Shown here piece after piece: positions 40,301 through 52,396 of a DNA stretch of 64,000 bases. The DNA is from Gracilinanus agilis (taxonomy: Eukaryota). The first letter of the stretch is position 1, and each line of letters opens with the position of its first letter. Made by a program: the position numbers and the translations under genes. Location: positions 382,426,952-382,490,951 of the forward strand of contig NC_058130.1 of NCBI RefSeq assembly GCF_016433145.1, given 5' to 3'. The notes beneath the pieces are model-generated. The model was not told the DNA's origin, made no database searches, and was given only the letters and a program-made list of their open reading frames with translations.

Positions 40301-40321
40301 TCACGTAGGATGCCTCCAGAT

Positions 40322-40580
40322 TTGTTGTTGTTCACTCATTTCAGTCATGTCTGACTATTCATGACCCCATTTGGGGTTCTCTTGGCAAAGATACTGGAAT
40401 GGTTTGCCATTTCTTTCTTCTGCTCACTTGACAGGTGAGAAAACTGAAGCAATTTAGGTTAAGTGACTTGCCCCGGGTTACAAAGCTAGTAAGTGTCTAA
40501 GGCTAGATTTGAACCCATGAAAATTAGTCTTCCTGATTTCAGGCCTGGCACTCTATCCACTGTGCTACCTAGCTGCCTTC
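40322..40580 (-). mobile_element. MAR1-like SINE
   Basis: ttgttgttcactcatttcagtcatgtctgact...ccatttggggttctcttggcaaagatactgg. Confidence 0.9.
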
Positions 40581-40624
40581 CCCTCAAGATTGGCTGACTT
40601 CTAATGTATTAGGATAGTAAGTGA

Positions 40625-40820
40625 AGAAGATTTTTTTTTCATTTCTTCATTTTTTATTTAATTAATTTAGAATATTTTTCCATGGTTACATGATTCATGT
40701 TCTTTTCCTCCCCTCCTCCCACCCCCTTCCATAGCCAATGTGCAATGTGCAGTTCTACGTGTCACTGATCCAAACCTATTTCCATATTATTAATATTTGC
40801 AATAGAGTTATTATTCAAAG
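40625..40820 (-). mobile_element. L1 3' end
   Basis: ttttaattaattaatttagaatatttttccatggttacatgattcatg. Confidence 0.8.
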
Positions 40821-40829
40821 TCGACATAG

Positions 40830-41830
40830 GGGATTTTTTAAAAAGCACTTACTATGTGCCAGTTAAGCCTTGGGGGATATGAAGAAGGGCAAAAACACTT
40901 TCTCTGATCTTGAGAAGTTCAAATTTGAATGTGGAGGGGATGAAGTAGGGTGGAGAGAGAACAGATAAAAATTATCCATATGAAATATTTACAGTGAAAA
41001 TAGAAGTCACAAGGACTGTGGGTAGGGGAGCAGAAGAGGTCTCCTACAGAAGATGGCATAGGACAGTGATGGGCAACCTTTTGAGCTTGGTGTGTCAAAA
41101 TTCGCCAAAAAAATGAGCATAACTCGGGTGGTGTGTCACTTCAAGAAAAAAAACCATAATTTCACAATATTTATAGTTTAAATAACAAAAATGTATAATT
41201 GTAATATATAACTGTATTTAATAAACCAAAGTAGGTAAATTAATATAGATAGAATTGTCATCTATAGTGCACAGAATGTCTACACTACACTACAGAAAAT
41301 GTTTCATCCTCAGCATGCAGCCCCATATTTCTCTGTATGTGGCCACATGCGGCCATGTGTCACTGCATGTTATAGGTTTGCCATCGCCGGCATAGGGGCT
41401 GAGTTTTTAAGGAATCAAGGAGTTAAAGGTGAAAAGGAAGAACACTACATTTGAGGACACCCAGGGTAGGAGATAGAATGTCTTCTGGAAGAGACTGCAA
41501 GAAGGCCAGTGTCAGGGGATCACAGAGAATGTGGAAGGGAGTGAAGTAAGAAAACAGGAAAGGTTTGAAATCGTAATGGGCTTTAGAAGCCTAACAGAGG
41601 AATTTATATTTGATCCCAGAGATAATAGGGAGACACTGAAGTTTATTGAGTGACACGGTTAAACCTGCCCTTTAAGAAAATCACTTTAGCAGCTAGTAGA
41701 AGAATGGATTGGAGTGGGGAGAGACCTGAGTCATGGAGATGTAGAATTGGAGGACCATTTGAATAGGCCAGTCATGAAGTGATGCCATCCTGCACTAGTA
41801 TGGTGGCTATGTGAATGGAGTAAAAGTCAG
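40830..41830 (-). mobile_element. L2 3' portion interrupted by a MITE
   Basis: aagcacttactatgtgccag...agaaaatcactttagcagctagtagaagaatggattggag. Confidence 0.7.
41064..41389. mobile_element. hAT MITE, 326 bp (hAT1/OposCharlie-class, tentative)
   Basis: TIRs are CAGTGATGGGCAACCT and AGGTTTGCCATCGCCG. The 8-bp TSD is GCATAGGA/GCATAGGG. Confidence 0.9.
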
Positions 41831-41917
41831 AAAGTTTGGGCTTCTCTCAATTCTCCTTATATTTTCCTGCTTCCTTTCTGCCCATGCTGTTCCCCCTACC
41901 TTGAATTCCTGAATCCT

Positions 41918-42180
41918 AATTGTTGTTGTTGAGTTGTTTTAGTCATATCCTACACTTTGTGACCCTATAATGGAGTTTTCTTGGCAGAGATACTGGAATG
42001 GTTTCCATTTCCTTCTCCAGCTCATTTTACAGATGAGGAAACTGATGAAAACAGGATTAAATCACTTTCACAGGGTCCCACAGCTAGCAAGTGTCAGAGA
42101 CCAAATTGAACTCAGAAAGATGAGTCTACCTGACTCCATAACTGGCATTCTATCCAGTGTACAGCTGAGCTGGCCCAGTT
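41918..42180 (-). mobile_element. MAR1-like SINE
   Basis: gagttttcttggcagagatactgg...ccagctcattttacagatgaggaaactga. Confidence 0.88.
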
Positions 42181-43521
42181 AAACCTTCCCCCTTCTTAAA
42201 AGCCTAAGTCTACTTTTACACACTCCACTAGACTTCAACAACCTCCTCTTCCCCTAAGATTGTATCCCTTCTAGTATCTATCATTCTGCTAAGCCCTTGT
42301 TGGGGTTAAATAAATAGTAGTTTATTCATTGAGCAAAAATTCATTCAACAGTCAAACATCTATTCAACAAACTTTTCTTTCATTCATTCGTTTAGCTAAC
42401 ACATCAAGTTATAGGCATATCTGGACAGTGCAGATCAATCTGGGTATATAAGATTGTATAGAAGTATATTTTCCAATTTTTAGGATGCTGTCTAGCTTGT
42501 TATCCCTGGAACCATTGCTCCATGTGAATGGCAAAAGCAAGGAAAAAAGCATACTTGGATCAAACCTTTTTCAAAATCACTTCCAAACCTTCCCTCCATT
42601 TCAGTGTCTGTTCCAGCTTTCCACTAGCACTGTCAAAAAAACTCAAATTTAAATTCTGGGCCCCTAAGCAAAAGCTTTCAAAAGGGTTTCCTTGCCCTCC
42701 AGTTACTGGAAGATCAACAGCTCTCTGGGAAGAGAGGGACCTCCTCTTGTGCAGCTGACCTAGCTAGGCAAATGTAGTTGCTGCTAGGACAATCCCTTCC
42801 AGCTCATCCTGGCTCCTTGAATGCTTTGGGATTTCCTTGGCTTAAGAATTTCAGTGTCATTTTTCTATGGACAGAAATAAGAATTTTAAAATTCTTTGAT
42901 TTAAAAAAAACAAAAGGGTTCATGTTAAGAAAATGTTATTATTGCTTGGGTCATTGTTGCTGAAGTCAACTGTGACATTTTGCACTTGCTTGGAAAAGCT
43001 CCTTTCTGCTACCCACCCCCCAACTCCCAGCCTCCCCTTGCTTGTGCTGGCCTTTTGTCTGACTCCTTTGGTTTCTCTGATTCTCAGATGGGCCCACATT
43101 TTAAATAACATTCCTGCTTGAATTTATGCATTCATTTCCTCAGCTTCTGTGCTTGGTTAGGTTCCAGCTCCCATCCTTTTTCTTGCTAATGCTTTTTGCT
43201 CCCCCTTTCTTTGTTGACATGCCAATATCCTGCCCCTTCCTCCCTTCACCCTTCGTTCCCTCCTGCACTCCCCATAGGAGTGGGGGAAACAAACTGCTAT
43301 TTTAGATTATAACACATCTTCATAATCCTAGGGGGAGAATTACAACAGCCCCCTCTGCTGACAATGGACTTTTACCAGGCAATTTACAAAACTACTTTTA
43401 TCTGCAGATTGTGTGATTTGAGGGTTTCTGGGAATGTCTTTCAGCCCTGAAACATATCTCTCAATGGCCTGAAATTGTACCATTATAGCTTCATTCCTTT
43501 GGGCTAAGGGCATTTTTTATT

Positions 43522-43705
43522 ATTTTTGTTCATTCTGACTATTCCTAACGCCATTTGGGGTTTTCTTGGCAAAGATATTGGAGTGGTTTGCCATTTCCTT
43601 CTCTAGCTTATTTTACAAATAAAGGAACTGAGACAAATAGAGGTAAGTGACTTGACCAGGGTCACACAGCTAGTAAGTATCTGAGGTCAGATTTGAACTC
43701 AGGAA
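43522..43705 (-). mobile_element. MAR1-like SINE
   Basis: ccatttggggttttcttggcaaagatattggagtggtttgcc. Confidence 0.85.
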
Positions 43706-44097
43706 GAGTTCAAACTGTACCCCCTGGCTTCTCTATTGTCTATTATACTTTGGCACTTTACTGGATCTGTGATTTTATCAGTGTGGTTAGTGTTTTAACC
43801 AGTGCTAATTACAAGCCTTCTATTCTTTCTCATCCTATAAAATTCTTTTCCATATTTTTCCCACAAATATTACATTTAGGATATACTTAATAAAGAGGCT
43901 TTCTCTTGTCGTCTTAAAGGGCACCAGTATTACTTCTTTGGAGGTGCATTTATTATTTAATTCTTGCTACAAGATCAGACTACATCCTTTTCTAAATAAA
44001 TATGATCTTAATAATATCTTTTATGCCACATCTCACAGCATGGCATTCCTGGTAGCATGCTGTATCATGCTTATTCCCACTGTAAGCTTTTTCACTG

Positions 44098-44380
44098 GTC
44101 TTTTGTTGTTTCATGTTTTTTTTTTTTATCATGGCTGACTCTTTGTGATCCCTTGGGGATTTTCTTGGCAAAGATACTAGGGTGGTTTGTCATTTTCATC
44201 TTTAGCTCATTTTACAGTTGAGGAGATTGGGACAAACAGGGTTAAATTACACAACCAGGGACACGCAGCTTGTGAGTATCTTTGGCCAGATTTGTACTCA
44301 GGAAGAAGTGTCCTCCTGACTCCAGGTCCTGTACTCTATCCATATGGGCTTCCTAGATGCCCAATGGCCTTTGGATCATA
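44098..44380 (-). mobile_element. MAR1-like SINE
   Basis: gactctttgtgatcccttggggattttcttggcaaagatact. Confidence 0.85.
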
Positions 44381-45297
44381 TTAATTCTGAACTCATAGGC
44401 ATTCATGAATTGGAGTCATATGGCATACTGTTAAGTAGATGACCTGCAGAAGTGATAAGTGGGGTTACTAAAAGGACTGCATCATTTGTGATACAACCTG
44501 ATCTCTTCTTACTCACCTTGGGCCCAACTCAAGTTCATCTGCCTCAAGACATCTTTGTTGATGGACTAAATGATTCAGTGGGCTGATGGCCTAGCTATGT
44601 GTCATAGTTTAGGCAATATGTATTTTCATCTTCCATCTACTTTTACTTTTCCAGTGCAGATGGCTAGGCTGATTTCATCCTTAATACTGTATATTTTCAC
44701 TGAAGCAGTTCTATAGTATAACCCGTCCTTACTAAACAAGTACAAAAGTATCTGCAAATAGGAGCATCTGGATATCCTAATCTTTGACCAAGAATATTTT
44801 TCTTTTGTTTGAACTTTTGGAGGACTTTTTTTTATGACACCAGGGGACACCATAGGTGAACACATATCTCCCTGGCTAATCCAGTGTTTAAACATGGTAC
44901 CTGGCACATAGTAGGTGCTGAATAAACATTTACTGATTGGTTAATACTTCATTTAACATCAGTACTCAATAGATCTGAACCAAATTATCTGAATAATATT
45001 TTCGTTGATGTCACCAATTAATAATACAATTATCTCAGAAAAAGGTAATGTATTAAGCTTTCAGTTATTACAATTCTATGAAGATGGTTTCATCAAATTC
45101 TTCCCCCAAAATAGTAATGGAGCTGAGAGAGCTGAGAGAATCTAATCTAATACAAGGTGAACTCTTCTAAACCCAGGAAGAGACATAGTTGGTGGTTTCT
45201 GTTACATTCCATGTTTCTCAGAGGGTATGATCTTATAGAATAGATCTGGCTCTTTTTGGAAATCTGGTCCAAACCCTTCTTGTTTGAACTTGTGTAT

Positions 45298-45301
<4 letters not shown>

Positions 45302-45330
<29 letters not shown>
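45302..45330. repeat. (CA)n microsatellite
   Basis: Directly visible. Confidence 0.9.
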
Positions 45331-45399
45331 AAACCGCATGAATATGCATATATACATATGGGAATTCAATATGCACAGAAAAAACCTTACTTCAATTGG

Positions 45400-46260
45400 C
45401 TCATTCTACCACAGAGGCAACAGAAAGTGAGACAGTCATATGAGAGGGCTGAGCTCTTAAACAGTCACCACACAATACGTAAATCAAAATCCAGGTTAGG
45501 GCATAATCTGGCATATGGGAAAATGCAAAGGTTTTAATAAGCAAGAAGAAAAAAATAACAGAGGCAATTAGACAAGTTGAAGTTTAGTTTTAATTAAAAG
45601 CACAGTTAGCCTTCAATCTGAGTGATTACCTAGAAAAAGGCAGCAGTGACACATATGACCTGTCATTTAAATATCATTTTTTAAAAGTATGGAGAAGTGT
45701 AGCCTTTTTATGTGAAATAGATCCCAGAAGTATCTAGCCAAGAAGCCCCTTGGCCTCTGGAGTTCTTACTAGCCATAACTAGGATGGGGTGCTTGGAATT
45801 TTGTCCCAGAGCATTGATGTTATAGGGTATTATTAGCACTTGTAGTTCTTTACCAGAAACAACTGAGCTTAGCACCCAGTTAGTACAAATAATAGGAAGT
45901 CATCCCCTTGTGCCACTCAAACTCTTCCTTGACTTAATCTCATCATGTTCCCCCCCAACCCACCATAGCCTCTTCGTCTTCCCAGTCTGAGCTCTCTACC
46001 ATCAATACCCCCAACAATAAATTGAAGGTATGGTTTGTGCTACTTCTCCTTGTACTGAGCACACAGATTTCTGAATGTGCCTCTACTTTCACCTACCCTG
46101 TTCCCTTTGTAGCCTCTTCTTCCTGCCTTTTCTATCTCTGAAGATCCTGCTATGAGACCAAGAGGAGAGGGGGGGGACTCGTTTCTCCTAAAGCTTGTAT
46201 TAAATGGGCCTTTATAACCTAGTAACCAAAAGACCATTTATAATATTGTTCCTTTGGGGA
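45400..46260. mobile_element. Possible LTR-like relic
   Basis: Compositional resemblance only. No termini or TSD were resolved. Confidence 0.25.
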
Positions 46261-47199
46261 AATGCCTTTCAAGTTCATAGAGTAATAAAACATTAGAACT
46301 CGAAGGAGCCTTAGAAATCACCTGGCTCAAACCTCTCCTTTTATATATAAGGAAACTGGACTGTTAGAGAAGCTCAGTGACTTGCTTAGGTCAAACAGAG
46401 TCAGTTAATGACAAAACTGGGGATTCAGCTCCAGTTCCCTTGACTACTAGCCCATTTCTTGCACTATTTCATTTCCGAAATAACCAATTTTCAAATGAGC
46501 ACATTGTATGTTCATTATTGACCTTAATTCTATTTTAAAAAAAAACTTAGATATATTTTTCATTTTGTTCACAGGGGATTTTGTAATTTGATCTTCAGAT
46601 TCTATATGGGTTCTACTTTCTCTTTCTAGATGAGATTGTGAAAGGAAAGAGAGAAGAGACAAAGGACTAAGATGAAAAAGCAGGATTAGGAAATCACATG
46701 GGTGATGGAGAATTCAAGACTAGGGAAGTAGGTCAGAGGTTGGATTTGAGGAGGAGACATTTGGCAAAATTGGGGAGAAACTGAAGGAAAATTATTTCCA
46801 GGCCCAGATATTGGTTCAGATTCTATTTCTCAATTGAAAAAGGCAATTAAGGAGGACATAAAAAGATTAATGAGAATCAAGGAGAGTGGTAGAGGCGAAC
46901 CTGAAGGAAAGACTCAAGAAGTAAAAGGAGGTCATCAGTAAGATAAGGCAAAATAAGAAAAAGTAACTAGACAATTAGAAGGCAAATCAAATGAATAGAA
47001 TGAAGTAGTGGCTGGGGAAAACTGGTAAAAGAGACTGGAAATTGGTGCAAGGCTGAAGGAGAGGTTGGTGTGGGTGAGTAGCTGTTGCAACTGAGAAAAA
47101 TTGAGTGAGCTTGTCAAACTATTAAGAGGTGATAATGGGTTGTAAAAGTTTTAACCAAGTGGTTAGGGTTAAGTTATAAACACCTGCAAGTAGTTTAAA

Positions 47200-47570
47200 A
47201 AAAAAAAAGACAAAATCTACACCAGTATGGAGAATAGGGCAAATTGTACAGTGACTGGCATTCATGGAAGTATTTGAAGAGCTACCATGTGAAAGGTTTG
47301 GACTTCTTTTCATAAACTCCAAAGGGAACAGCTAGGCGTAATGTGAGAGAAATTGTCAAGAAGTAGTCAGTTTGGCTAGCTGTAAGGAAAAGCTTCCTAA
47401 GAATGAGAACTTCCAGAAGGGAAATGGTGAAATTGGGCTGCCTTGGGAAGGCAGGGGCTTTTCTCTCTGAAGGTCTTTAAGTGGGCTGTGGGTGATTGAA
47501 TACTTGGGAATGTCATTGAGGGATCTCCTCTTTAAGCCTGGGATATATTAGATACCCTTTGAAGTCCCTT
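47200..47570 (+). mobile_element. L3/CR1 3' fragment
   Basis: gtatttgaagagctaccatgtgaa...gtaaggaaaagcttcctaagaatgag. Confidence 0.65.
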
Positions 47571-48589
47571 CAAAGTCCAACAGGCTACTTGTTACTCCAT
47601 ATTCCAATGAGGAAGAGAATGTTAGAATACAGAATTTGCTACCAGCTCTTATTGTGTTCTTCCACCTAAGGTAAGGATAAAATTAAAAGTTAATTGATAA
47701 TCCAATAAGTATTTATCAGGCAATAAAGTAAAGTTATAGAGATGGAAAAAATAATAGAAATAATTTAGTTCAAGTATCTGATCTTAAAATATAGAAAACA
47801 AAACTGAACTCTGGAGAGCTGAATTTAGCCATCCAGAGTCAATTAGCATTTATTACGTTCCTACTATGTTTTCAGGCATTGTGCCTAAGTGAAGTGACTT
47901 ACCCAAGGCCACACAACTAATCTGCAACAGAGTCCAAGACTTCTGATTTCTATTCCAATGCTCTTTCCATGATATCACACTCTTTCCCTTAATAGCATGT
48001 GAATATATATAATATATTATGTAATAATATCATATTATATATTATAGATAATAATAGTAATTAATTAAATATGTTGATTATATTATATATAGATATAATA
48101 TGCTAGAACAGAAAAAATGGCTTTTCTCAGGGAACAGTTTTGGGGAGCAAGATGAGAGGGGGGGGTCTTTCTTAACTAAGAATGACCTAATATTATAAAC
48201 AGGAACAGCTGTGTTGCTGTGTTAAAAAATAATATCATTCAGCTGAGTAAATAAGAGTGTTTAGATCATTACTAAATGTGTAACTCTTTGCTGAGCAGCA
48301 GCCTGGCCTGATAAAGAACAAGACCAAGAGGCAAGAAGGAGTGAGTTCATTTCCTCCCTCTGGCATATACTGGCTATGGTGCTCTAGACAAGTCACCCAA
48401 CATCTCTGGGTTCTCCTAGGCAACTCTCTAAAGCTATAAGTTACAGAGCAAATAGTGATCTGCATTGGTAGAGGAAATTCTCTGAACCAAAGGTGTTATA
48501 AGTTTGATCCTCATCAAATTTTTAATTAAAAAAAAATAACCCTGGTAGTCATGAGAGTTGGTAGGGTAGGAGAGTCTTTAAAAGTTGGC

Positions 48590-49255
48590 TAAATGATAAA
48601 AGGGCAAAATGACAAATGGTAGAGGGGATGTGGAAAAATGGGGACACTAATACACTATTGGTGGAATGGTGACCTGATCTAATAATTTTGGAGAGCATTC
48701 TGAAATTATGCTCAAAAGAGTTATAAAACTATGTATACCTTTTGACCCAGCAATACCACTATTAGGTTTATTTCCTAAGGTGATCAGAGAGATCAGAGAA
48801 AAAGGAAAAGAAGCCATATGTTCTAAAATATTCATGACAAAGAACTAAAAATTGAGGGAGTGCCCAGCAACTGGGAAATGACTGAACAAAATGTGGTATA
48901 TGACTCTAATGGAATACTATTATGCTATAAGAAATGATGAACAAGTTAATTTTAGGAAAACCTAGCAAGACCTACTTGAAATTATGAAGAGTGAAATGAG
49001 CAGAACCAAAAGAACATTTTATATATATATATATATATCAACAGAAATATCATTTGAAGAATGGTTGGTGTATGTCTACCTCCAGAAGAAGAATAATTAA
49101 TATTAATAAATAAGATAAAGAAATAGTTTTTAAGACATAGTTTTATGTATACATAACTTTTTGTCAAAGGATGCCTTTAATGGGGGAGGTGAAAGAGGGA
49201 GAGAATTAACTAGGTATTTTAATGTAACAAACAAACAAATAAATAAGTAAGTAAA
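48590..49255 (+). mobile_element. L1 ORF2 end plus 3'UTR (same subfamily as 31030-32630 and 63235-63620)
   Basis: Shared aaattatgaagagtgaaatgagcagaacca and ccacctccagagaaagaactga blocks. Confidence 0.88.
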
Positions 49256-50369
49256 CATATATTTTTTTAAGTTGCCTAAGAGATTAAGTGACTTGCCCAG
49301 GTTTTCACAGACAATAAATGACAGAAACAGGGCTTGAACCCAAAGCCTGGGGTTGACAGAAGGGTTAAAATTATTGTAGCACTAATGCCCACACTCTCTT
49401 GAAGTTCTCACATTTAGAGGAAGGATGGGTCTAGTCTTCTAAAGATCAGGTCAAAATCCGGGGCCATCTAGTTCAATGGGCCTTGGTAGGGATACTGATT
49501 CTAAATCTATGATCTTATGGCTTTACCGTGTCTATTGAATCTTTCTTTTTCTTTTTGTAGTACAGTCCCTTAATGGGTTTCTCAAATGCAATGTCCATCT
49601 CAGCATGAGTCCCTCGGGGAAAGAGATCAGAAGTTCCTTCTCTCTTGTCTGAGAGGAAATCTGAGCCAAGGCACATTGCTTCTTTTGATAGAACCAAAGT
49701 GTTTCCTTACTCACCAGGCTTGTTTATTGTTAGTTGAAAAAGTTGTTAGTGAAGAGGGCCATTATGCAGTAGATTCACTGGCAGCAACAAAATGCAGGGA
49801 AGCTTCTAATGTGCTGTGATTTTCTTAGCACAAATAAGAAATGGGTCCAGGGGAAGAAACAGATGTCCTTTAGGCTTCTGGTAAGGCTGGAACCAAACTG
49901 GCTGTAGTGGATGTTATTGACATTGAATGGGACGTTTTGTGTTTCTTCTTTTTGACTACTGTTGCATCTTCCATAGCTTTCTATTTTATTTTGCCTCACC
50001 TTGTCTATGCATATCCCTTTTATAGTTTCAGGACTCCTAAAATATCCCTCCCCCATACACATGCCACCCTGTTCTTCCACCTTTCCTCACACACAGGGAT
50101 ATGCTCTATGGAATAGGAACAGTAGAAATATGAAGTATTAGGAGGTATGTCAACTAAGTAGTATACTCTGATTATTTTTTAATGAGATTAGAGGTTTATA
50201 AACTCATTCTCCTAGCTAAAAGGAATTTCAGAGATTCAGCCCCTCTCTCATTTTAAAGATAGAGAGACTGAGACCTATGTAGTAAAATGACTTGCCCAAG
50301 ATCACATAGCTAGTTTGCAGTAAGAATCAGAATTAGAACCCAGTCCTTCTTACATTTGAAAAGTTGAAG

Positions 50370-50715
50370 TTAACTGAAGTTGGTTAGATTGGAGAAGAGA
50401 ATTCAAGGGGATGTAAGAGTCATATTCAGATATTTGAAGGAATGTCATGTGGAAGAGAGATTAAACTTCTGTTTCTACCCAAAGGATAGAACTAAAAGTA
50501 ATGGGCACAAGTTACAACAATGCAAATTTAGACTTGGTATTAGAAAAAACTTCCCAACAATTAGAGCTGTCCAAAAATGAAATAGACTGCTTGGGAGATA
50601 TTTCCCATCATGTGAAGTCTCCAAACAGTCTAGATGACCACTTGTTGGAGATGTTATAGAAGGGAATCTTGGTCGAATACAGGTCTGCAGTTCCTTCCAT
50701 CTCTTAGATTCTGTG
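50370..50715 (+). mobile_element. L3/CR1 3' fragment
   Basis: ORF 50380-50580 LEKRIQGDVRVIFRYLKECH...RTKSNGHKL...FRLGIRKNFPTIR matches the CR1 ORF2 C-terminal motif (LEKRRLRGD...FRLDIRK). Confidence 0.85.
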
Positions 50716-52221
50716 AAAATTTCTTAAAAGCATGAATTATTTCTAGGCAAAAGACTTTTAATCTCCCATAAAGAAATATGCTCTGTCACAAAATAGGAGC
50801 AAGCCCAAGTTAAATATACTTTTCAAAGTTCATCACCTTTTCTTTTTTTTATTTAAAAAAACAAACACTTTATTGCCTCTCCTTGTTGAAAATACAATAT
50901 CATGTGTGAGTGTCACTTGATTCCTCCACACTTCCACCTTTTCTTTAGAGGGTCAAAAAATCAATTTATTTCAACTCAACAAGTGGCTCCTGGGTACCTT
51001 CTATTGAAGTAGGCAAAACAGGAGAGTCAACACTTCAAGGATCTGTGTTATTTCATTGGTGTGGCTACACTGGTACTGATCATGACTCTTTTGCCTTTGA
51101 AGACAGTTTTCAGGTGTTTCTGCATCTAAAAAATCTCATCACCTGATGGCTCGTTTGCCAGTAACAACTTTGAAAGGACTTAACCTCAAAAACACCTAGC
51201 AGTGGCCAGGCTTCTTTTTGAAGCTTTCTCAGCATGGTAGAATATGCTCCAGTGGCAAGACCTCTGAAGATATTGTCACATGCCAGATGGGGTATAAGTA
51301 CTTACTTATACATACTTACACCCTTACTTATAACTACTTACTGTAGCAAGGCTCTAAATGGATGGCAGAAGCTATAAGACAAATAAAAATTCAGCCTTGA
51401 AATAAGGAAACTTGAAATCTAGAAGATAAGTGAAATAATTGGTAACAAACTAATTGGTAAAAACCACATAATGTGATCAAGTGCTCCATGGTGTGAAACA
51501 TGAGTCCACTAAGTATTCAGAGGAAAGGGAAAGGTTATTGGGATGGAATTTGAGGAGAAAGAAACCTGCATTTAAATTGTACCTTGAAAGATGAAGAGGT
51601 ATAAGTAGATAGAAGAGAAAGAATATTCTAAGTGAGTGATCATCAGTTCCAGCTCTGAGTTTAAGAAATAAACTTCCTTTGCAAACATGTGAAACTCAAT
51701 ACCAAGTTAGAGCACATTTAGCCAGCCAGGCCATGTTATTCTAGTACCCACACTTCTTACATACACTGATAATCACAGGCTAGAAATAGTGGGTTTGAGT
51801 TTCGTGGATTATATTATAAAAATTCTAGTATTCGTGGAGGAAGTTAACACAAGCATTAGAAAGCTATTGGGAGACAGAACAAAAGAAAGCTACAAGCTTT
51901 CTTTTTGACTTGAGAGGGGAAGTTGTACTATCCTGAAGAGAAAGCTAGGTTTGAAGTCAGAATCACTGGTCTCGAATTGCTACCACTAACAAGTCACAAT
52001 TTCACTTAGCCTCAGTTTCCTCTTCTGTTAAAAAAAAAGAGAGTGTATGCTAGCCCTCTTATCCAAGATTTCAATTTCTGTGGTTCCAGTTATCTGTTGA
52101 CCTTGAACACCCTGGAGATAAGTTAATAAGATGCAGGAGATTTGCCCCTGGCAGTGGCCTGCCCTCAGCAGAGGTCTCTTCTGCTTCCATGTTCACTTTT
52201 TTCACTTTCATCTTTTTAAAG

Positions 52222-52222
<1 letters not shown>

Positions 52223-52265
<43 letters not shown>

Positions 52266-52318
52266 TGGAATGAGGTAAGAGGTTGCAGAGACTGAGCCAA
52301 GGGGCAAAAGGGGTAGAG

Positions 52319-52367
<49 letters not shown>

Positions 52368-52396
52368 GTATATATATATATATGTATGTATATATA
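52223..52396. repeat. (TG)21 - 56-nt spacer - (CA)19 plus (TA)n
   Basis: (TG)21 at 52223-52264, (CA)19 at 52321-52358, and a TA-rich tract to 52396. Confidence 0.95.

Noticed and set aside
49540-49714. Strong-looking + acceptor (tttgtag at 49560) and - donor (GTGAGT at 49714-49709)
   Set aside because: They are on opposite strands, do not define one exon, and have no coding signal. Isolated splice-like motifs are frequent.
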